Shown piece by piece: positions 9,701-18,612 of a stretch of 39,671 bases of DNA. The translations under genes and the position numbers were made by a program. Position 1 is the first letter of the stretch; every line of letters starts with the position of its first letter. The notes below the pieces were generated by a model. The model was not told where the DNA came from, did no database searches, and worked only from the letters and a program-made list of their open reading frames with translations. Source of the DNA: a virus (lineage: Duplodnaviria > Caudoviricetes); IMG/VR virus record IMGVR_UViG_3300030372_003590, positions 1 to 39,671 of that record; one strand, given 5' to 3'.

Positions 9701-9770
9701 TGATGTAGAGCAAGCGGTAATGCAGCGATTTGGGCCAACTGGCACACGTCGTGGGCGTAGGAGATTTTAA
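6750..9770 (+). CDS. Large putative internal virion/ejection protein (~1006 aa)
   Basis: SD GGAGG then ATG 6750; Q/A-rich coiled-coil with QF repeats; Gly-rich C-terminus. Confidence 0.6.
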   Translation: MPVNLKSLEKTNPNLYRELRSFMVQMLEKGYETASLTKPAINDDVLQLYYDGIEQFKNFTDALVDTYESNIGAQDVASQQKVLKQLNVFVELIGNKKTTLHDDVYRSENLEHKELQRKAGIAENNIQELSRVTIVEGKSVPQTARTTADKTKEAARFKAEEFALTLFGSEAIIEFSNPDKVNPDSKFSGSNFDIFELSVKPFGDPSDESAYFHVAVPVDEDGEVKKGQLPQYVDDGDAEEVHKTSATITTENASGTKIKVPVTFKNGQYYARVGAPDANNNLTNVIVFQENFDKKPSKRREIKNLLYEGKPVWTDDVHYYPDDTSDITLDERYLSSAEKAIKVTGRKGWNSITGAYDVDLWEKDGKYFDSEDATISVDKSSTKAMGPEGSESGIVPLEGFTTAAGGQLWVDKDNNYFSDAAGTKRYAPEAAIPTTPDLKLIERVDPITGRTHILQINQRTGEIVGSTDTGLLDADYQLQKATSDLNEKQFQQNVLEFGALTAQRDFENQLAEDEFKLNKTLGFQAQALDEAQFNAEQLQFNASMAENARQFDEANRLRALAQQEEARATNIQAGFQITEARAKALDQVRDILSNPADYLARGFALAGQDAPFTPVTQADLINQVSNEYNAYTDFLSSMGAGFNADDYLSGRQQTGNPLNVVNPDDFYDEGDGDGGGGNNQQANKNAFLMKRAGQISRGEEPTGGIQAADIEFFSKSGFVAPGMPGESQNVNTGFVADFLGNNPQYMTNKDLYTTGGAESFIPGGVFDSSDIRTSGTAGEITEDNPLGQSELDALANLSEANIQTGFGGGLTAEQIAAFRKTGQVPAAEHGGMFGNPVVVGDSSSGKENQELVMSADGAPMVVLPLTNQQIDILQGKRNNKMPKAQTGGMFGSQDFVGFGQRMGNIGFGGTMYNQLPSGNITQQDIIERAERFGTPRVSRVAQGFMPQPMQFGFPLMTPGQLNALTGDERDELRTRLATRNVSLSDVEQAVMQRFGPTGTRRGRRRF

Positions 9771-12700
9771 TGGTTAGGCGAACGCCATCATCACGTGCAG
9801 GAGCACCATTGTCAGGTGTTGTAGATGTCTTACCTCAAAGATCAATGGGAAGAACAGTATTAAGGGGTGCTCCTAGACGATCTAATCCATTAGTAGGATT
9901 TTCTCCAAACTTTTTAGGACAGCAAAATCAAGCTAACATGCAATCGACAGAAGAAGAACAAAATAAACCATCAGGATTTTTAGGTGCATTAGGAGCATTG
10001 AGTCCATTACTGAGTGGTGAGGAATTTATTAATCTATTACCTGGTGATATGGGTACTGATATACGAAACAAATTAGAAGAAGTGCCTACTATTGGTGGGT
10101 TTTTAGGTGCTGCATTTGATGTAGGTACTTCTCCATTAACAATACTGACAGGTGGAATGGGTGGTGCTATTGGAGCATCAGCAGGTGGATTAGCTAGATT
10201 CGGTCTTGCTGGTCGCGCAGCAGCAGGGACGACGAAAGCATTGACAGCTCCTTTGATTATGAAAGGAAACCCTTTACAGCGTATTGCTGGCGAAACTGCT
10301 GTTCTTGCGAGCGCACAAGAAGGAACAGAAGCATTAGGTTTACCAGCTTGGACACAGCTTGCAGGTGTTGGAATTGGATTAAAAGGATTAGGGGCAGCTC
10401 AAAAGACTGGAGTAGGAAAAACATTATTTGGCGAGCCTGGTTCAGGAATTGGAACAAAAGCAGAACAATTAACTGAAGATATCGTAAAAAGAGGTGGAGG
10501 AGTAGACGAGTTAATTAAGAGATCAAATGAAAAGCTACAGTACCCAGAACAGCAGTTGACTGTTAAGTTTGTAGATGCCGATGATCTTGCGAATAAAACA
10601 ACTGTAGCGGAATTAGGTATAAATGCCCCTAAAGGATCATACTTGAAGGGTGTGCGATCAATGCTTGAAGGTTTAGCAGTACAGGGTGAAAGTCTGAGAT
10701 CTGGTACTAGAGGTCGTGCTAATTCTGCTGCTAGAGTCATCAATGAATATGCGAAAGAAACAAATAAAATAGGAAATAGAGTATTTGCTAATAAAGATGG
10801 CATTATTATAAAAGATAGAATAGACCCCACAAAACCTGCGTTTTTAGGAGATGTTTTAGAAAAACTTGATAAAGATATTGCTTATACAAAAGAAGTATTT
10901 GATCAAGTTGATGAAAAACTTTATCCAGAATTACTAAAATTAAAAACAACGTATGACGAACTGGCTATGGAGCGAACAGCGCACGGTATATCAATTAGAG
11001 ATCCGATAGATGAAAAAGCTCTGGATATAAACTTCATACCAAGATATGCAAAATATTCTGATATTGATGAATATGTATCTAAGGGAATCAAGTCATCGCG
11101 TAAATTTTTAGAATTGAAAGCCGAGCATCGAAGAAAGTATAAAACTTTTAGAGAAGGTGCTGAAAATCAATTATATGAAGATCCTATAGAAGCGTTGACG
11201 CATTATTCAGCAGATGCAGTTAGGGATGTTGTTGATCAGGAAATTGGTAATGCGCTTAGGCAATTTGCTGGCAGAGGTGATGCTGTTTTAGATAGGGGTA
11301 CAAGAACTTCTATTATGCAGGCAGTTGATGAGGCAGTTGCTATACAAAAATACAAACACAAAGGCCTTCCTAAAGTAAAAGCGCGTATTTTTGATGATTT
11401 GAGTGCAGCAGATCAAGCTAAATTTTTATTTGAAAATCCCCATTTTAAAAATTTTGTAAAAGTTGGAGGAGAATCAGTCACTTTTGAAAAGAAAGTTGCT
11501 GATGAAATAGCAGAGGCTTTTAAAAAACAAGAACCTAATATCATTCAACGTCTTGCTGAAAGAGTCAATGTTATAAACAGAATTGTAGTTCCTTTACGTT
11601 CTACATGGGATATGAGTGCTGGCTTAGTTACTAATGCTTCTGTTTTATACCAAACAGGAAAGCGAAGTCAAAAAGGTGCATTTGTAAGGAATATGTTCAG
11701 TGCTATTGCTGATATGAATTTTTACAAAGACAAAGGTAGAAATCGTGTAGATGATTTTTTAGATTCTCCTGAAGTAAGAGGTGGTAAAAAAGGTGATACA
11801 GAATATATAGGTGCAGGGAAATATGTAACTATTGTCAATCCTGATGAACCTTTTGCCATGAAAGAGTTTATGCCTGTTTTGTCTACAGCAGGAAGAAATT
11901 TAGTTAATCAAAGTTTTGCACAAGTTGGAAAAAAGAAAGCGCAAGGAGTTTTAGATACTTTTAATAGAAACTTTGCAATGATTGGTAACAGAAATAGAAT
12001 GACGCTATTTTACGATGCACAAGAAGTATATGAAGCATCGATACGGCGTGGATTAGAAGCAAAGAAAATTGAATTAGGAAAAGTAGCAGGCAATGAATTA
12101 GAAATTGCGGATGTCAATAAACTACTCAGCTCTAAGTCAGTGCTAGACGATACTGCCTTACGTGAAATAGGTCGTGCAGTAGATAGGGCTACTGGTATTG
12201 GTACGATGAAAGCAGGACAAGTTGAACGTGCTTTATTATTCGCTCCTAATTTTTATCGTTCAATGATTGAAACGATAGGCCAGTTAGCTTCTGAAGGTTC
12301 TATTGAAGGTGATTTAGCTCGAAAATATATAGCTAATATGGTTGAAGGTGGAGTTTTTTTGACGGCAGGCGTAGCTATGGTTCAAGGCAGAGATCCTCAA
12401 GAAGTTCTTTCTCTTATTGATGGAAAGGCTTTAGAAGATGGAGACTTACGTCTTAACCCAAATTTTGGAACTATGAGAATTGGTAATAGAGATGTTAATG
12501 TATGGGGGCCATACGACTCTTTATTGAGATTAAGTTCTGGAGTAGCAAAAGTTGCTTACTCTACTGGACAAGGCGATGGTCTTGATGCTTTGCAGGATTA
12601 TATAGTTTATGCTACCAGAACAAAAGGTTCACCTGCTGCAAGTTATCTTATGAATATGAAACAAGGTGAAACGTTTACAGGTAGGGATTTCAGTACAGTA

Positions 12701-13732
12701 GAAGGCCAGTTGCAACAATTTGTTCCTTTTTCTATGAGTACGGCATTTGAAGAAGGGGCTGATAAATATGCTGCTACAAATGATATTGTAGAAGGATTAA
12801 AAGCTGGTGGATTAGGTATGGGTCTTTCTGCTCTTGGTGCAAAAGAGAACCCTGTTACTCCTTTTGAGCAACTTGATAGAGCTGCGCGAGATAAAGACGA
12901 GTTTGGGAATAGGCCTTATTCAGAGCTAACAAGACAGGAAAGGGCAGTTATAGATGAAGAAAATCCTGAAGTTGTGGCCATGTATGAAGCTAGTAGAAGG
13001 TTCAATACATCGCCTGAAGGAAAGATGGCAAAATTCAGGACAGAAGAACTAGCAAAATTAAAAGATATGCAACAACAGGCGTTTGATCAGTTACAAGCTA
13101 CTGGAGATAGATATACTTTCAGAAAAACTATGGATAGTTTAGCTGCCAGGCAAGCTGAAGCTGCACGTACAGCAGAGTCTATTTTTGGAGTAGAGTATGA
13201 TTCTCCAGAAGCAGGGACTCCTGAAGCTGTTGTTCCTTTTTATTATGAAATTTTGAAAAACGCAAGGAACCCTTTAACAAATCAATTAGATTGGGATGCT
13301 GTTGATTCTGGAATAGCTAAATTAGAAGAAGATGTAAAAAATGGTCTTTTTGGCAACCCTGATAGAGCGCAGGAATTTTTAGATGAACGTGTAATTTTTA
13401 GAGGTAATCCAAATGTTGAATGGTATTACGCTAATAAAAATGTAATACAGGAAATTACTATGAAGGGTTTTAATTATTGGGATCAAAAAGATAGGGCGTT
13501 TTTAGAATTACAAGGAACTGTCGTGAGAGCAGCAGGGCGAAATATAAGTACCTATAATGGATTATTAGAAGAAATAAAAGAAGCTGCACTTAATAATGAT
13601 AAAGTACGTGCAAATAGATTGGGAAGAATATTAAATAGAATAGATAGGAAAACAGACAGATATAGAAAAGCAATGAGAAGATTCAGTCCTGATGTAGAAA
13701 AGGCATTAATGGAAAATGGATATTTGTCGTAA
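9770..13732 (+). CDS. Very large putative internal virion/DNA ejection protein (1320 aa)
   Basis: Gly/Ala hydrophobic N-terminal segments, long helical body, TFTG and QFVPFS motifs reminiscent of large polyvalent/ejection proteins. Confidence 0.6.
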   Translation: MVRRTPSSRAGAPLSGVVDVLPQRSMGRTVLRGAPRRSNPLVGFSPNFLGQQNQANMQSTEEEQNKPSGFLGALGALSPLLSGEEFINLLPGDMGTDIRNKLEEVPTIGGFLGAAFDVGTSPLTILTGGMGGAIGASAGGLARFGLAGRAAAGTTKALTAPLIMKGNPLQRIAGETAVLASAQEGTEALGLPAWTQLAGVGIGLKGLGAAQKTGVGKTLFGEPGSGIGTKAEQLTEDIVKRGGGVDELIKRSNEKLQYPEQQLTVKFVDADDLANKTTVAELGINAPKGSYLKGVRSMLEGLAVQGESLRSGTRGRANSAARVINEYAKETNKIGNRVFANKDGIIIKDRIDPTKPAFLGDVLEKLDKDIAYTKEVFDQVDEKLYPELLKLKTTYDELAMERTAHGISIRDPIDEKALDINFIPRYAKYSDIDEYVSKGIKSSRKFLELKAEHRRKYKTFREGAENQLYEDPIEALTHYSADAVRDVVDQEIGNALRQFAGRGDAVLDRGTRTSIMQAVDEAVAIQKYKHKGLPKVKARIFDDLSAADQAKFLFENPHFKNFVKVGGESVTFEKKVADEIAEAFKKQEPNIIQRLAERVNVINRIVVPLRSTWDMSAGLVTNASVLYQTGKRSQKGAFVRNMFSAIADMNFYKDKGRNRVDDFLDSPEVRGGKKGDTEYIGAGKYVTIVNPDEPFAMKEFMPVLSTAGRNLVNQSFAQVGKKKAQGVLDTFNRNFAMIGNRNRMTLFYDAQEVYEASIRRGLEAKKIELGKVAGNELEIADVNKLLSSKSVLDDTALREIGRAVDRATGIGTMKAGQVERALLFAPNFYRSMIETIGQLASEGSIEGDLARKYIANMVEGGVFLTAGVAMVQGRDPQEVLSLIDGKALEDGDLRLNPNFGTMRIGNRDVNVWGPYDSLLRLSSGVAKVAYSTGQGDGLDALQDYIVYATRTKGSPAASYLMNMKQGETFTGRDFSTVEGQLQQFVPFSMSTAFEEGADKYAATNDIVEGLKAGGLGMGLSALGAKENPVTPFEQLDRAARDKDEFGNRPYSELTRQERAVIDEENPEVVAMYEASRRFNTSPEGKMAKFRTEELAKLKDMQQQAFDQLQATGDRYTFRKTMDSLAARQAEAARTAESIFGVEYDSPEAGTPEAVVPFYYEILKNARNPLTNQLDWDAVDSGIAKLEEDVKNGLFGNPDRAQEFLDERVIFRGNPNVEWYYANKNVIQEITMKGFNYWDQKDRAFLELQGTVVRAAGRNISTYNGLLEEIKEAALNNDKVRANRLGRILNRIDRKTDRYRKAMRRFSPDVEKALMENGYLS

Positions 13733-13736
13733 CCTA

Positions 13737-13821
13737 TTGCTAAAAACATTATTAACTATAAAATATAGTAAAGCCCTCCCATTCGGCAGGGTGTAGTGAC
13801 TCGCAGTAATGCCAGTTGGAG
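13737..13821 (+). promoter_or_regulatory. Promoter (TTGCTA-16-TAAAAT) and structured leader of the scaffold gene
   Basis: Hairpins GCCCU..AGGGU (13773-13792) and GACU-C-GCA-GUAA-UGC-C-AGUU (13798-13817) abutting the SD GGAG. Confidence 0.5.
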
Positions 13822-13828
13822 ATAAATT

Positions 13829-14632
13829 ATGGTAAATGAAATTCTTGAACAAGAAACATCAGAGGCAGCGGAAGATGTCGAAATACCAACAGACGGTTTC
13901 GATCCTGCTGAGGCTTCCGAAGATGTTGTTGAAGATGAGGCTCAACCTGATATAGCTGAACTTGTCGAACGGCTTTCTCAGATTGAGGGCGCAGCTAAAG
14001 AATTGGATTCGTTGAAGCACGATGTTTCAAGTCAGCTTGGGCGTATTCAGCATTTCCAATCTACAGTTGACAAACTTTCTCAGAACGATGCCAGCACTGT
14101 TTTACAGTCTCGCATTGAACAACTTGAGGAAAGTAATAATGCTTTGCAGGAACTAATTGTAAGTTCTGATCTAATCGATGACGAAATGAAACTCGCTATG
14201 CGCGAAAATGCGTTAGATCGTCGATTAAAAGCACTTGAAAGTCCTGCATCAATTACTGACCAGCAAGGATCTCCTGAAGTAAATGACGCAACTACTGTAT
14301 TGTGGAATGAAGCAACAACAGAAGTAGTACGTCAGGCAAAAGACTTGGGTTATGACCCTGAAAATATACCAGCTTCCGTTTGGTCGGAAGGCGTTTCAAC
14401 AGGCTCACCAATTCGTGCCGTTCAGCATGTTCTCGACTGGACTCGACAGCAGTTAAATGAAACGGAGGCAGCCAGCAAAACAGCCGAAAGGAAACGTGCT
14501 GCTGGTAGCGGATCTGCAAGTCGAGCAGGTTCAACGCCGACGTTAGATGATCTTGTTCGTGCATACGGAGAAGGTCGCAACATTTCCGCTGATGACAAAC
14601 AGCGTGTAATGCAACATTTAGGAATAAGATAG
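13829..14632 (+). CDS. Capsid scaffolding protein
   Basis: Acidic N-terminus, coiled coil, low-complexity linker; immediately upstream of the capsid gene. Confidence 0.8.
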   Translation: MVNEILEQETSEAAEDVEIPTDGFDPAEASEDVVEDEAQPDIAELVERLSQIEGAAKELDSLKHDVSSQLGRIQHFQSTVDKLSQNDASTVLQSRIEQLEESNNALQELIVSSDLIDDEMKLAMRENALDRRLKALESPASITDQQGSPEVNDATTVLWNEATTEVVRQAKDLGYDPENIPASVWSEGVSTGSPIRAVQHVLDWTRQQLNETEAASKTAERKRAAGSGSASRAGSTPTLDDLVRAYGEGRNISADDKQRVMQHLGIR

Positions 14633-14641
14633 GAGCTTATA

Positions 14642-15541
14642 GTGGCTACCACAGGTAACACTACTACTACTAATCTGGCTGACAGCCTTCCTACAGTTAT
14701 AGCTGCTGCTAGAATTGTTCGTGAATATGAAGGAACAATGACTAGCGATGCTGTCGTAGACAAGGTTACTTTAGCCGAGAACAGTGGTACTGGATGGAAC
14801 GAGGTTCGTTTGGACAAGCTCACCGCAACAGGTGTAGCTGAAACTGCAACCCTTGACAATCCACAACAAATGTCAGACTCGCTATTGACCCTTACACCAA
14901 CAGTTACAGGTATTCAAACCATCGTAACTGACCGTGTATACCGTCGATTAGCAAGCAATGTATTGTCGCAAATTGGCCAATTAGGGCAAAATGCTATCCA
15001 ACGTAAGAAGGACAAAGATGGTCTAACACAATTAGATTCATTCTCAACTTCTCTCGGTGGAGCAGGATCTACCCTTACTGTTGGTCACATATCTGCTGGG
15101 CAAAGCCGAATATTCGGTAACACAACTGAGCCTGCACCTCCAGGTAATGTCTCAGTAGTATTGCACCCATTCCAGCTCAAGGACATTCAGGATCAATTAA
15201 CAGTAGGTATTACAACTACTGCTTCTAATGGTGCTGGTTCTGTAGACGGAATGACAGCAGACATGGTGCGAAACGGTTTTAGTGGAACATTGTTTAACGC
15301 AAATGTTTTCACTGACGGAAACATCTCAATCGACGGATCAGATGACGCTAAAGGCGGTATCTTTCACCAAAAGGCAATAGTCTTGGTAGAAGGTCATGCT
15401 CCAATGGCTGAAACACGTCGTAGACCAGATATTGGTGGTGGTGCAGACGAAGTATTCTTGTATGACGAATTTGTCTACGGTGAACGCCGTGACGAATGGG
15501 GATACGAATTACTTTCTGACGCAACCGCGCCAACATCATAG
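14642..15541 (+). CDS. Major capsid protein
   Basis: 299 aa after the scaffold; VLHPFQ, G-x-LFNANVF, ETRRRP and YGE-RR motifs of HK97-fold podoviral capsids. Confidence 0.85.
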   Translation: MATTGNTTTTNLADSLPTVIAAARIVREYEGTMTSDAVVDKVTLAENSGTGWNEVRLDKLTATGVAETATLDNPQQMSDSLLTLTPTVTGIQTIVTDRVYRRLASNVLSQIGQLGQNAIQRKKDKDGLTQLDSFSTSLGGAGSTLTVGHISAGQSRIFGNTTEPAPPGNVSVVLHPFQLKDIQDQLTVGITTTASNGAGSVDGMTADMVRNGFSGTLFNANVFTDGNISIDGSDDAKGGIFHQKAIVLVEGHAPMAETRRRPDIGGGADEVFLYDEFVYGERRDEWGYELLSDATAPTS

Positions 15542-15559
15542 TAGGGAAGGATATAAATT

Positions 15560-15997
15560 ATGGTAGCTGTAGCTAACGCAAAAGCTGAATCGTTTACATT
15601 CAACTCAATTGCTAATGGTGCAACCAAATCAGAGTTTTTCACTAACTCAAATAAAGTTCGTATTTTGAACATGACTGTTGTCAGTGAAGCTGCTATTGCA
15701 GCCCACGCTTCAAACGTGTACAAAGTCGAATTACTTACTGGGGCAACGGTAATTGGTAAAATTACTAATGACTCAGATGAGAGTACAACCACAGCCACAA
15801 CTGGTGTAGTGGGTATTGACTCAGCTTTGTATGCTGCTAAGACCACAAGGTCAATAGCATTTACACAAGCTGGTGCAAACTCAGATGGTGCATACGAGAA
15901 CGCTGCTGACGCAGTACTCGAAATAAAAGCGAGCAATGACACTGGTGGTACTATCACCGATGTTACTGTTCACGTTGAGTACACAGTAAGCGACTAA
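15560..15997 (+). CDS. Probable capsid decoration/minor capsid protein
   Basis: Beta-rich, T/A/S-rich; directly after the major capsid gene. Confidence 0.55.
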   Translation: MVAVANAKAESFTFNSIANGATKSEFFTNSNKVRILNMTVVSEAAIAAHASNVYKVELLTGATVIGKITNDSDESTTTATTGVVGIDSALYAAKTTRSIAFTQAGANSDGAYENAADAVLEIKASNDTGGTITDVTVHVEYTVSD

Positions 15998-15999
15998 GT

Positions 16000-16404
16000 A
16001 TGAACGAACTTGTCGTTGCTGCATCAATCGTCAAAAATGACGAACCAGCTTTGAGACTTGAAGAACTTAATGTTCAAGGGATCAAGGGGCAGGGGATGCA
16101 GCGACGGCAATTCATACATGTTATTAGGAATGATAAGCGAGCTATATGGTCGGAAGATCTAGGTGATGCTGATTCATTTCATGCCCCACCATTTGCTATA
16201 CCATCTTTGATGGAGCATACGGTAGGAGAGTTACGCGAGATTGCTGACCAGTTACGTGAAAGTAAACAGGGAGCAAATCGCATACAAGAATTGAGTGAAG
16301 CATCTACTATGTTGGAAGATGCTATTGAACAAGCTGAACAAAGAACGCTGGAGATGCGCCGTACTACAGTAAGTGGCCCATCTATCACCGTTGAAAGGCA
16401 TTAA
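16000..16404 (+). CDS. Hypothetical protein
   Basis: ORF track; operon packing. Confidence 0.7.
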   Translation: MNELVVAASIVKNDEPALRLEELNVQGIKGQGMQRRQFIHVIRNDKRAIWSEDLGDADSFHAPPFAIPSLMEHTVGELREIADQLRESKQGANRIQELSEASTMLEDAIEQAEQRTLEMRRTTVSGPSITVERH

Positions 16405-16405
16405 A

Positions 16406-16981
16406 ATGACTACTGACAATGTAATAGCTGAAGCAGCAGCAAATGCAATAGCAGAATCTGCAACTTCAGGAACGCTCGATAAAGTAATCGTCAATAATGA
16501 TGAATACTCTATGGAATATACTGGATCAACAAATGATGGTCGTGACGCTGATGAATTAGTAAGTGTCTGGTCATTACTTGATGGTACAGAAAGCAGGGTA
16601 TTGAAGCATAAACTAGGTGAAGTATTGCGTAAGCGTACTCTTACTGGCGCACAAGTATTCTGGGTTCCTGGTATGCCAGGTAAACCACCCAAAGCTGAAG
16701 CAGGATCTGAACTACTTTGTTTATTGCACCCTGACAACGCCGAACGAGAATGGTTAAATGACATTGGATTAGTAGCACAAACGTGTCGAAAAAGTAATTT
16801 ACGTTCTGAGTTTGACTTGCAAAATCACATGCTACATAGGCATCAACAAGAATTTAGCCTTATTGAAACAGCACGTGAACAAGAAGCAAGACAACAGCAA
16901 GACGAACTTGTTAGACTGCAAATTGAAGCAATGAGTGGTGTGGCAAAGTCTGAAACTAGCCCACCTCGTAAAAAAAGATAG
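16406..16981 (+). CDS. Hypothetical protein with possible C/H zinc site
   Basis: Start ATG 16406; CLLH..C..HMLHRH pattern. Confidence 0.7.
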   Translation: MTTDNVIAEAAANAIAESATSGTLDKVIVNNDEYSMEYTGSTNDGRDADELVSVWSLLDGTESRVLKHKLGEVLRKRTLTGAQVFWVPGMPGKPPKAEAGSELLCLLHPDNAEREWLNDIGLVAQTCRKSNLRSEFDLQNHMLHRHQQEFSLIETAREQEARQQQDELVRLQIEAMSGVAKSETSPPRKKR

Positions 16982-16990
16982 GAGTTGGTT

Positions 16991-17293
16991 ATGGCTGGAT
17001 CACCAGGAATAATTAACACACCAGCACATACCGCTGTAACGGTAGGTAGTAGTAGTACGGCTGTACTTTCTGCTAGTGAAACTGCTTCCTATAGATTAAT
17101 GGTAAATGATTCTGATGAAGTTATTTATATCAATCTAGGTGGAACAGCAGCAGCAAACACAGGCATTAGATTGAACGCTTCAGGGGGTTCATACGAAATG
17201 TCAGTAGCAGGTGGCAACTGGTTCAATGGAGCCATAACTGCTATTTGTGCATCTGGTTCAAAGAAATTATTAGTCACACAAGGTAGCGCATAA
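16991..17293 (+). CDS. Small beta-rich virion protein
   Basis: SD AGGAG; ND..IYI.LG...GIRL pattern common in small phage structural proteins. Confidence 0.65.
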   Translation: MAGSPGIINTPAHTAVTVGSSSTAVLSASETASYRLMVNDSDEVIYINLGGTAAANTGIRLNASGGSYEMSVAGGNWFNGAITAICASGSKKLLVTQGSA

Positions 17294-18612
17294 TGGCAAT
17301 AACTGGGCAAAATTTATTAACAGGTTTATCCCAGTTTATAGGGGATGATTACGATAATGTAACTTCCGCAACAAGTACAGATGGTACGACTGTGGTCAAA
17401 AATCATCTTAGTGCATTTGGGGAAGATTATTTTCGTGATTACTATGTGCGTATAACTCAATCTGGTACTAATCAGTATCATATACGCAGAGTAAAATCAT
17501 TTGCTTCAGCATCAGGAACACTTACTGTAGACCCTGCATTTCCTGCCGTACCTCAAGATGGTGATGCTTTTGAATTACATAAGTATGAACCATCAAGAAA
17601 GTTTACTGCATTAGATGAAGGTCGTTTACGTGCGTACCCTCAAATAGCAAAACTTACGTTTGACGAAACACTTACAGGCGACGGATACAGTAAAGAATTT
17701 GATATACCGTCTACTATTAGAAAGGGGCCTGTCTTTGCCTTTATCGAATACCCCCTCGGAACCCACGACGGATGGAATTTTATCTCAGATCCAGACTTCG
17801 ATTCCACGTCTAATTGGGCAGCTTCGTCGGTTACTGCGAGTATAGTAACTGAAGAAAGCTCCAATAAACTTATACCTAAATACGACAATAGCTGCACAAA
17901 GCTAGTAGTAGCTGCATCAACAGCAGGTACATACTCCCAAGTAGTAGCAAATATGAATAATAGTATTACTGCAGCAGGTGCAGCAGGTCAGAAGATGACG
18001 TTTGCTGCATGGATATACAGTCGCGTTGCAAGTAAAATTAGAATACAACTTATAGATGACAGCGGTACTACCAGTAGTGATTATCATGGTGGTGCTGGCT
18101 GGGAATTACTAACAGTAGAAAAGAATATAGTAGGAAATAGTTCATCGCTTTTAACAGCACGAATAGAAGTTGCAAATAACAGTACAACCTTTACAGGATT
18201 TATTGATCGCGGATGGCTTTACTTCGGTGATGCTGGTCGTGTACGATCCATCTATCCAATCGAAGCTAACGCTAGAGTACGTCGTGACGATACTACTCAA
18301 CGAATAATGTTTGACAATGTTCCGCAAGCTCGTCGTCAGATTCGGTTGGTAGGTAGAAGTCCTTTATCTGCATTGGGCACTACTAGAGCTTCGCAAGCTA
18401 CCAATACTATGGAAGTAGATGAAGCATCTTCTATGATTCTATATTCACACGCTGCACAAGTATTATTTGAACGAGAAGGTATGTACTCAGATATACCTGA
18501 AGAAGTTAGTGCTAAACTTTCAATTATTCAAAGTAGGGCCAACGACTACGAAGTGAAGTGGCCATTTAGAATGTTGGCAGGAAGTAAGATACAAGGGCCA
18601 TTTAAAGTATGA
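17293..18612 (+). CDS. Tail adaptor (tubular protein A-like) with inserted carbohydrate-binding-like domain
   Basis: Position; internal segment NFISDPDF..TFAAWI..WELLT resembles CBM4/9 jelly rolls. Confidence 0.55.
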   Translation: MAITGQNLLTGLSQFIGDDYDNVTSATSTDGTTVVKNHLSAFGEDYFRDYYVRITQSGTNQYHIRRVKSFASASGTLTVDPAFPAVPQDGDAFELHKYEPSRKFTALDEGRLRAYPQIAKLTFDETLTGDGYSKEFDIPSTIRKGPVFAFIEYPLGTHDGWNFISDPDFDSTSNWAASSVTASIVTEESSNKLIPKYDNSCTKLVVAASTAGTYSQVVANMNNSITAAGAAGQKMTFAAWIYSRVASKIRIQLIDDSGTTSSDYHGGAGWELLTVEKNIVGNSSSLLTARIEVANNSTTFTGFIDRGWLYFGDAGRVRSIYPIEANARVRRDDTTQRIMFDNVPQARRQIRLVGRSPLSALGTTRASQATNTMEVDEASSMILYSHAAQVLFEREGMYSDIPEEVSAKLSIIQSRANDYEVKWPFRMLAGSKIQGPFKV

